Assembly (NCBI GenBank): GCA_043801585.1
Contig: JAZDLX010000047.1
Location: 1-32,816 of the forward strand
DNA: 32,816 nt
DNA from: a bacterium
Lineage (GTDB): Bacteria > Electryoneota > Electryoneia > Electryoneales > Electryoneaceae
Reading direction: 5' to 3'
In this document: one piece after another, positions 26,466 to 32,816 of the stretch
Layout of the letters: every line of letters starts with the position of its first letter
How positions within the stretch are numbered: position 1 is the stretch's first letter
The notes under the pieces: generated by a model
What the model saw: the letters and a program-made list of their open reading frames with translations, nothing else
What the model was told of the DNA's origin: nothing
Databases searched by the model: none
Translations under genes and position numbers: made by a program

Positions 26466-26491
26466 AAAAAGGTCCGCTAACGCGGACCTTT
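26466..26491 (-). terminator. intrinsic terminator of ftsH
   Basis: AAAGGTCCGC-TAAC-GCGGACCTTT with a T5 tract on the minus strand, about 30 nt after the ftsH stop. Confidence 0.8.
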
Positions 26492-26521
26492 CAAGCCAAA
26501 TGAATTTGCATGACCGGCGGT

Positions 26522-28750
26522 TCAGCTTTTTCCACCCGAGCTGCCGGACTGCCCCCCCGAGCCCGAACCATGAGAACCTCCACCCCCGCTGCGACGGCGG
26601 CGCGGCGGTCTGCGGGCGCCAGTTCCGCTGGTGGATGCACCGGATGCCTTGGATTTCTGTGAATCCGGCTGCCTTTTGCGGCCCTCGGAACGTCCGGATG
26701 ATCCGTCTTTCTCCTGGTCCAGTTTGGATACCACCTCCTCGAGCTGACGCAGGCGTCCACTTTCACCACCGGCCACTTTGTGCGACTCTCGCGTCTCGGT
26801 CCTTGCCCGTTCCTTCTTGACGCGAGCCAGTTTCTCTTCCGGTTTCGGCAGCGTCTTTCCGCTCAAGACGAGATCGATCTCCTCGCCGTCGAGGATTTCG
26901 TGTTCGAGAAGCGCATTCGCCAGGATGTGAAGTTTGTCAATGTTTTTCTTCAGGATATCGAGAGCGGTGCTCTGCGCCTTCATTATAAATCGCTTCATTT
27001 CCCGGTCGATTTCGAGAGCCGTCGCATCGGAGTAATCACGCTGCGTTGCTAAATCACGTCCGAGGAAAACCTCGTGGTCCCTGTTTGAGAGCGCCAACGG
27101 ACCGATCTTTTCGCTCATCCCCCAATCGCAGACCATGCGCCGGGCGATCTCTGTTGCCTGACGGATGTCGGCGGCAGCGCCGTTGGTGTAGTCATCGAAA
27201 ACAAGCATCTCGGCGGCTCGACCACCCATCAGGTGGATCATCTTGTTCTCGATATATTTCTTCGCCCACGAGTGCTTCTCGTCGATGGGCAGGTAATGGG
27301 TCACGCCGAGCGCCTGACCACGGGGGATGATTGTCACCTTGTGCACCGGGTCTGAACCCGGAGTGAACTTGGCAACCAACACATGTCCCGCCTCGTGGTA
27401 GGCCGTCAGTTTCTTTTCCTCATCGCTGATCAGCATCGAACGCCGCTCGGTTCCCATCATCACCTTGTCCTTGGCGTTCTCGAAATCTTCCATGTGAACC
27501 TTGTCCGCATCGCGGCGCGCGGCGAGCAGGGCGGCCTCGTTGACGAGGTTCGCCAGATCAGCCCCCGAGAGTCCGGGGGTGCCCTTCGCGAGAATCTGCA
27601 TATCCACATCCGCCGCCAAGGGAATTTTGCGGCTGTGCACGCGGAGGATGCCCCCGCGCCCACGAACATCCGGACGGTCCACAACGATCAGACGGTCGAA
27701 GCGACCGGGACGGAGCAGCGCCGGATCAAGAACGTCCGGCCGGTTGGTTGCCGCAATCAGAATCACTCCTTCGTTGGATTCAAAACCGTCCATCTCGACG
27801 AGAAGCTGGTTCAAGGTTTGTTCGCGTTCATCATGTCCACCGCCAAGGCCCGCACCACGCTGACGGCCAACGGCGTCGATTTCGTCAATGAAGATGATGC
27901 AGGGTGCGTTTTTCTTCCCCTGTTCGAACAGGTCACGAACCCGTGACGCCCCGACTCCGACGAACATCTCCACGAAATCCGCGCCCGACATACTGAAGAA
28001 GGGAACGCCTGCCTCCCCCGCCACCGCTCGCGCCATCAGGGTTTTCCCCGTTCCCGGGGGTCCAACGAGCAGGCCGCCCTTGGGAATGCGGCCACCTAAC
28101 CTCTGATATTTTTTGGGATCCTTCAGAAATTGGATGATCTCCTGAAGTTCTTCCTTCGCTTCGTCTCCCCCCGCCACATCGTCGAAGGTGACCTTCGGCT
28201 TGTTTTCCGTCAGGAGTTTCGCCTTGCTCTTGCCGAAACTGAAGATTCCCTTATTGGCCCCGGCGGACATCCGCCTCATGAAAAAAATCCAGAGGCCAAT
28301 GATGATAATCCAGGGCAGAATCGAGGTGAGGATCATGCCGATCCAGTTGGCCGTCCGTTCCTTGAATTCGACCTTGACACCTTTCTCGTCCCACGACTTG
28401 ACCATGTCATCGTTGACGAACGGAAGGATCGTCTTGAATTCCTTACGTCCTTTTTCATCCGGCGTTTTCAGTTTGCCGGTCAATTGCTTTTCAATGATCA
28501 CAGCCGATTCCACCTGGCCGTTCTGCAGGTAGGTGAGGTAACGGCTGTAATCGACCATTTCCTGCTGCTGTTGACCGGGCGAGAGATAGGATGAGATGAC
28601 GATGACGACCAGAATAAGCAGAATCCAGAACGTTAGGGTACGCAGTGCCCGTCCCCACTCGAACTTGTCGTCGGGTTCTCGATTCGGACCGCTGCCCTTA
28701 GGACCGTTAGGATCTTTGGGCGGGGTGGGCTTGCCGTTGTCGTTTGCCAT
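26522..28750 (-). CDS. ftsH: ATP-dependent zinc metalloprotease FtsH
   Basis: Two TM segments; Walker A GPPGTGKT; Walker [36 protein letters not shown]. Confidence 0.98.
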   Translation of the reverse strand: MANDNGKPTPPKDPNGPKGSGPNREPDDKFEWGRALRTLTFWILLILVVIVISSYLSPGQQQQEMVDYSRYLTYLQNGQVESAVIIEKQLTGKLKTPDEKGRKEFKTILPFVNDDMVKSWDEKGVKVEFKERTANWIGMILTSILPWIIIIGLWIFFMRRMSAGANKGIFSFGKSKAKLLTENKPKVTFDDVAGGDEAKEELQEIIQFLKDPKKYQRLGGRIPKGGLLVGPPGTGKTLMARAVAGEAGVPFFSMSGADFVEMFVGVGASRVRDLFEQGKKNAPCIIFIDEIDAVGRQRGAGLGGGHDEREQTLNQLLVEMDGFESNEGVILIAATNRPDVLDPALLRPGRFDRLIVVDRPDVRGRGGILRVHSRKIPLAADVDMQILAKGTPGLSGADLANLVNEAALLAARRDADKVHMEDFENAKDKVMMGTERRSMLISDEEKKLTAYHEAGHVLVAKFTPGSDPVHKVTIIPRGQALGVTHYLPIDEKHSWAKKYIENKMIHLMGGRAAEMLVFDDYTNGAAADIRQATEIARRMVCDWGMSEKIGPLALSNRDHEVFLGRDLATQRDYSDATALEIDREMKRFIMKAQSTALDILKKNIDKLHILANALLEHEILDGEEIDLVLSGKTLPKPEEKLARVKKERARTETRESHKVAGGESGRLRQLEEVVSKLDQEKDGSSGRSEGRKRQPDSQKSKASGASTSGTGARRPPRRRRSGGGGSHGSGSGGQSGSSGGKS

Positions 28751-28759
28751 GAACTCCCC

Positions 28760-30163
28760 TTAAAGAGGTAATGCGCTGTCCCGAGGTGTCCATACCAACC
28801 TCCAGGCGCGTCGCGACGAAGCGGTCAGGCGATAGGGGTGTGCGATGCGTTCCCCCAAAACCCAGGCGGTTTCGCCGCTCGCAGTCTCCATGATCCACAA
28901 GGGTCCCAACCGCTCCCCGGGAGACCGCCGCAATGAACGAACCACCTTCACTTCGCGCCCCCCATTGTTGAGGGGCTTGTATCGATCACCTCTGCGCCAG
29001 GGACGGACACGAACGGTGTCTCCCAACGCATCGGCATCCAGATATTCATCCATCCCGGGCAGGCTCTCCGGCAATTTCCCGGGATCGACTTCCCAAAGCG
29101 ATCCTCGAAGAATCCCCCCATCGGGAAGTACCAGGCGTCCGGGAAGATCCAGCGGGATCGGATCACATCCGGTGATCCCGTCAAAGATCAACCGTTTTCC
29201 AGCCGCCAGAACCGTCACCGGACCGAGACTCAACCTGCCGCCGTTCCCACTCCGCAGGGCGAGCCGATCCAGTCCTGATCTCTGCCGGCGAGTCAAATAG
29301 GCTGTGGACGGATCCACCGACGCGGCGTGCGCCCAAGCGATCAGAAGCACACGCGACCTGACCTGAGCAACATAACCACGAAGTATTTCGGACTCAATTG
29401 CGATCCATCGAGGGGTGCTCCCGGCGACCACCTCGCGCAACGCACGAAATGCAGCATCCTCCAGGGCTTGATCCGCCTCGTATAATCGAGTGGCGCTCTC
29501 CGCAAGGTTGTTCCACGCCCCCTCGCCAAAGGTCTTGAGAATCGCAGGCTTGAGGATTTTGCGCACCTTCACCCGGCTGAAGCGTTCATTGTCGTTGTAA
29601 GGATCTTCCAGGAAAGGAATGTCATTGCGGATCAAAAAGTCGCGAAGTTGATCGCGTGTGACGGAAAGCAGCGGACGGCGCCAATCCCCGAGCCGTGGAC
29701 GGATTCCCGCCAACCCGCCGATGTCCGCTCCCCGGAACAGCGCGAGCAGCACACTCTCCGCCTGGTCGTCACGGGTGTGCGCGGTAAACAGCCGCACACA
29801 CTTCTCACGCTGCGCCACACGCTCAAGGGCACTGTACCGCACCTCACGGGCGGCGGCCTCGTACCCGACTTCTTTCTCGCGGGCGGGATCGATCGCCACC
29901 CGAACCGCCCGGAACGGAACGCCCAGGTCTTTTGCCATCCTGCGGACGAATCTCAGGGAGTCGCTGCCGTGCGGTTCGTCGCCGTGGTGAACCGTGGCAA
30001 CGACAATCCGGTCACGCTGCCGTTCAGGCGGGAGCAGCAGGTGCAGCAGCGCCACGGAGTCCCCCCCTCCGCTGACCGCAATCAGCAGCCGCTGATCGTC
30101 ACTTAATCTCGAGGCACACTCACGGAACCACCCGCCGATGCGCAACGGCTTGTGCCTGCTCAC
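28760..30163 (-). CDS. tilS: tRNA(Ile)-lysidine synthetase
   Basis: PP-loop AVSGGGDS; EAAAREVRY; TAHTRDDQAES; RPLL; EDPYN; C-terminal VRPWRRGDR. GGAGG lies before GTG 30163; canonical position upstream of ftsH. Confidence 0.93.
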   Translation of the reverse strand: MSRHKPLRIGGWFRECASRLSDDQRLLIAVSGGGDSVALLHLLLPPERQRDRIVVATVHHGDEPHGSDSLRFVRRMAKDLGVPFRAVRVAIDPAREKEVGYEAAAREVRYSALERVAQREKCVRLFTAHTRDDQAESVLLALFRGADIGGLAGIRPRLGDWRRPLLSVTRDQLRDFLIRNDIPFLEDPYNDNERFSRVKVRKILKPAILKTFGEGAWNNLAESATRLYEADQALEDAAFRALREVVAGSTPRWIAIESEILRGYVAQVRSRVLLIAWAHAASVDPSTAYLTRRQRSGLDRLALRSGNGGRLSLGPVTVLAAGKRLIFDGITGCDPIPLDLPGRLVLPDGGILRGSLWEVDPGKLPESLPGMDEYLDADALGDTVRVRPWRRGDRYKPLNNGGREVKVVRSLRRSPGERLGPLWIMETASGETAWVLGERIAHPYRLTASSRRAWRLVWTPRDSALPL

Positions 30164-30239
30164 GAAACAACCTCCCGCAAAAAAAATCGGGCTCGCGCCC
30201 GAATCGTTCCCCGTCACCCTGCCCGTCCATCCATCCAGT

Positions 30240-30623
30240 TCATTCCGGTTCATTCAATGGGAGCTGAGTACTCGACGGAACATCCCCCTCCAGCGATATC
30301 GACAACCCAAGCTCCTCAAGGGGCATCAGTTTCTGCATGCGACCGGAATAGGTGGGGGATTGCTCAACGAGTCCAAGAGCGCGCCACTTCTGCCACCAAC
30401 TGACGACCGTCCGCTGTGTGACTTCCTTGTTGACAGCCTTCTCGATGTCGCGCGAGGAGCGGAGTCCGTCAGAGAGCTCATAGACACGCCGCTCGATGGC
30501 TTTGTTCAGGTGCTTGACGACGAGTTCACGGGCCTCCCGATGAGCAACAAAACGCAGCAGGCGATTCACCTGCCGTTGCTGCTCTACAAGCTCGCTGAGA
30601 AGCCGGTCCATCTGAGAACTCAT
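30240..30623 (-). CDS. small winged-HTH-like hypothetical protein
   Basis: GGGGAG RBS; VYELSDGLRSSRDIEK..TQRTVVSWWQKWRALGLVE..GRMQKL fits an HTH plus wing pattern. Confidence 0.65.
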   Translation of the reverse strand: MSSQMDRLLSELVEQQRQVNRLLRFVAHREARELVVKHLNKAIERRVYELSDGLRSSRDIEKAVNKEVTQRTVVSWWQKWRALGLVEQSPTYSGRMQKLMPLEELGLSISLEGDVPSSTQLPLNEPE

Positions 30624-30894
30624 GGGTCTCCCCCATTACTCGGGCTGCGCCGAGCAAACGTAGCACCTGCGCGAAGAAGAGTCAAGGCAAACGTGTGGGA
30701 ACATTGTACTTGGTCACTTCTTGCTGGCTCGGAGGGCGTGCCGGGTGAACGAAATTGTGTGGTGGTCAACAAGCAGTGTGGCAAAATCGATACTTCTTGT
30801 TCTGACAGAAGGAATTTAACGCCGTCGTTGTAGACTCCATAGACCCTGGCAGTCAGCTGACTAATCAGGTCATTCTGCCAGTGAACTGATGAAA

Positions 30895-31175
30895 AAGGGG
30901 ACACGTACCTTTTTACTGCGCAAAAAATGAACATGTCCCCTTCTGTGTCATCACCAGCACGCCGGCAGGCGTGTGTGGTGATCTCCAATTCCTTTCACAA
31001 GCGAAGACAGAGATCCTTCACTCACCTTCGGTGGTTCAGGATGACTGCAGTCGGTGGTGAAAACAACATTTTGGGGTTGTGTCAGATCGTTAGTCCGCCG
31101 GCTGGCGGACGGAGACCTGACACAGCAATACCGTCGGATCTACATGCCGTCCGGACGGCATTCAGGATCCGACGG
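30895..31175. repeat. cluster of five REP-like palindromic elements from four different families
   Basis: 30895-30942 AAGGGGACA..TGTCCCCTT; 30947-30985 (+) and 31010-31045 (-) GTCATC..GATCTC pair; 31076-31126 GTGTCAG..CTGACAC; 31131-31175 CCGTCGGATC..GATCCGACGG. Confidence 0.7.
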
Positions 31176-31213
31176 AATATAAAACGGAATCAAACTCCGT
31201 ATCTGTCTTGAGA

Positions 31214-32050
31214 CTACACCAGCGAGCGAAGGATCTTCAGGTCACGGGGGTAACCCGTCTCTCCTTCGGGAGTTTCGAGGATGGCCGGGATAGATTTGAA
31301 ACGCTTGTCCTTCATCAGGAAGCGGAAGGCGTCCAGTCCGAGCAGTCCCTCGCCGATTTGATCGTGACGGTCTACACGGCTGCCCAGCTCCTTCTTCGTG
31401 TCATTGAGATGGATCACCTGGAGCTGGTCCAATCCGAGTATCTCGTTGAACGCTTTGAACGTCTTCTCGTAGCCGGATTTCGTGGCGATGTCATACCCCG
31501 CCGAGTAGGCGTGACAGGTGTCGAAACAGATCGCGAGACGCTCCGGGGCTTTCACCCGGCCGTAAATGGATTTCAACTGCTCGAAGCTGTAGCCGAGGTT
31601 GGTTCCCTGGCCGGCAGTGATTTCGATGGTGAGTTTGCCGGCGTACCCGGGCAGACGTTTGTGAATTTCGTCGATGGACCGGGCGATCCGTTTCAATCCC
31701 CACTCCTCCCCCTCGTTCAGATGGCTTCCCGGATGAAACACCACATGGGCGAGTTTCAGCGGTTCAGCCCGCTCCAGCTCGTCGGTGAGGGAATCGATGG
31801 ACTTGCTCAGTTTCTCATCATCCGGGGCACAGAGGTTAACCAGGTAAGATGCATGGGAACAGGCGTAGGTAATCGCGTGCTCGCGGACCTGCTGGTGATA
31901 GCGTTCGACAGCACTGGGATCGAGGGGTTTCGCCGACCACTGGCGCTGATTTTTCGTGAAAATCTGAATCGCATTGATTCCAAACGCGGCGGCGTTTCCC
32001 GGAGCGTTATCGACCCCCCCCTGGGTACTGACATGTGCGCCAAGGATCAT
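31214..32050 (-). CDS. nfo: endonuclease IV (deoxyribonuclease IV)
   Basis: GAHVS; QIFTKNQRQW; HASYLVNL; FHPGSH; EITAGQG; CFDTCH; HLND; DRHDQIGEG; ILETP. Confidence 0.97.
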   Translation of the reverse strand: MILGAHVSTQGGVDNAPGNAAAFGINAIQIFTKNQRQWSAKPLDPSAVERYHQQVREHAITYACSHASYLVNLCAPDDEKLSKSIDSLTDELERAEPLKLAHVVFHPGSHLNEGEEWGLKRIARSIDEIHKRLPGYAGKLTIEITAGQGTNLGYSFEQLKSIYGRVKAPERLAICFDTCHAYSAGYDIATKSGYEKTFKAFNEILGLDQLQVIHLNDTKKELGSRVDRHDQIGEGLLGLDAFRFLMKDKRFKSIPAILETPEGETGYPRDLKILRSLV

Positions 32051-32086
32051 CAGTCTCGTTTCCCGTTGGTTTTCGCATGTTCAACT

Positions 32087-32815
32087 TCAGGAGGGATCGA
32101 TCTCGAGTCGTTTCTGCCCCGGCCCCTCGACAAGCAGCACACGGCGTAGTTTTCCGTCTTCGATCCAGACAATGCGGTCCTCACCGAACAGGCTGACGCG
32201 CACCTTCTGTGCTGAATACATTTCCCCCGCCAACACCAGGTCTGCCACTGCGTCCGCACTGATCTCCGCTCTTCCCGCCTCGTTGCGGGCGGACGAGTAG
32301 ATGGTCCAGGTGATGGTATCCCCGGCAATCAACGGCCAGCACCGCAGCGTGGTGAGCAGTTGACTCTCGTCGAGAGTGCCCGGCTGGAGGGGCGTCTCGC
32401 TGGTTGCCTCTTTCCCACCGAAAAGCGATTCATTCACCGTTCGCACAACGAGGTTTTTCTTGAAATCCAGGCGGATTTCCCGGAGCAATCCTGATTTCTC
32501 CTCATAGGTCTGGACATACAGGGGAACAAACGTTGCGGATTCGAAAACCGTTTCGGTCATTCCGCTGACCGGACCACTCAGATGCTGCCGCTGAACGATC
32601 ACCTCCCGGCCGTCCATCATCTGGTGCAGAATCTCGAGGCGCAGCCGCCCGCGGTCGGCGCCACTCTCCGTCAGGTGATAGGATGCATGGGGAGCACGGT
32701 GAAGAGGGTCCAGGTCCCACGCCGTTGTTTTCTGTTGCTCCTCCACTTTGCGACCGCACCCGCCGAAAGCGAGCGCAGCCACCAACAGGAGGAAAAACGG
32801 TGAAAAACGGTGTGT
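32087..32815 (-). CDS. putative lipoprotein (DUF3108-like), 5' end at or beyond the window edge
   Basis: Frame is open to the edge: THRFSPFFLLLVAALAFGG-C lipobox-like signal; beta-rich body; TLDESQLLTTLRCWPL. Confidence 0.6.
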   Translation of the reverse strand, partial: THRFSPFFLLLVAALAFGGCGRKVEEQQKTTAWDLDPLHRAPHASYHLTESGADRGRLRLEILHQMMDGREVIVQRQHLSGPVSGMTETVFESATFVPLYVQTYEEKSGLLREIRLDFKKNLVVRTVNESLFGGKEATSETPLQPGTLDESQLLTTLRCWPLIAGDTITWTIYSSARNEAGRAEISADAVADLVLAGEMYSAQKVRVSLFGEDRIVWIEDGKLRRVLLVEGPGQKRLEIDPS

Positions 32816-32816
32816 C

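Noticed and set aside
30620..31211. ORFs 30620-30988 (-) and 30927-31211 (+)
   Set aside because: They run through palindromic repeats and have no RBS or recognisable protein features.

Overview
GC-rich bacterial chromosomal window. The gene types (CarboxypepD-fused TonB receptor, DUF6249-like protein, SLBB export protein) suggest an FCB-group-like diderm, which is an inference. The left half is accessory and envelope-related. It holds the 3' end of an IS1595/IS1016-type transposase, a protein with three tandem Myb/GcrA-like HTH repeats, and an operon of TetR, MMPL/RND, an MMPL/RND::LolA-like fusion and an outer-membrane barrel. These are followed by an SLBB polysaccharide-export protein, an ECF sigma/anti-sigma pair with a divergent DUF6249-like gene (both directions carry the same TGTAACC-N16-CGTC promoter), a POT-like MFS transporter, a secreted protein, and a TonB-dependent receptor with a terminator in its leader. 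The right half is a minus-strand housekeeping run: lipoprotein, nfo, small wHTH, tilS, ftsH, TPR protein, folP, rimI, accD, prs and an atypical 5'-nucleotidase. Best candidates for new biology: (i) the duplicated-MMPL trans-envelope transport system, whose LolA-like carrier is fused in frame yet keeps its own RBS, ATG and signal peptide; (ii) modular REP-like hairpins whose outer stems and inner cassettes appear interchangeable; (iii) two uncharacterised structured RNAs; (iv) the triple Myb-like protein. All calls come from reading the sequence; no database searches were run.
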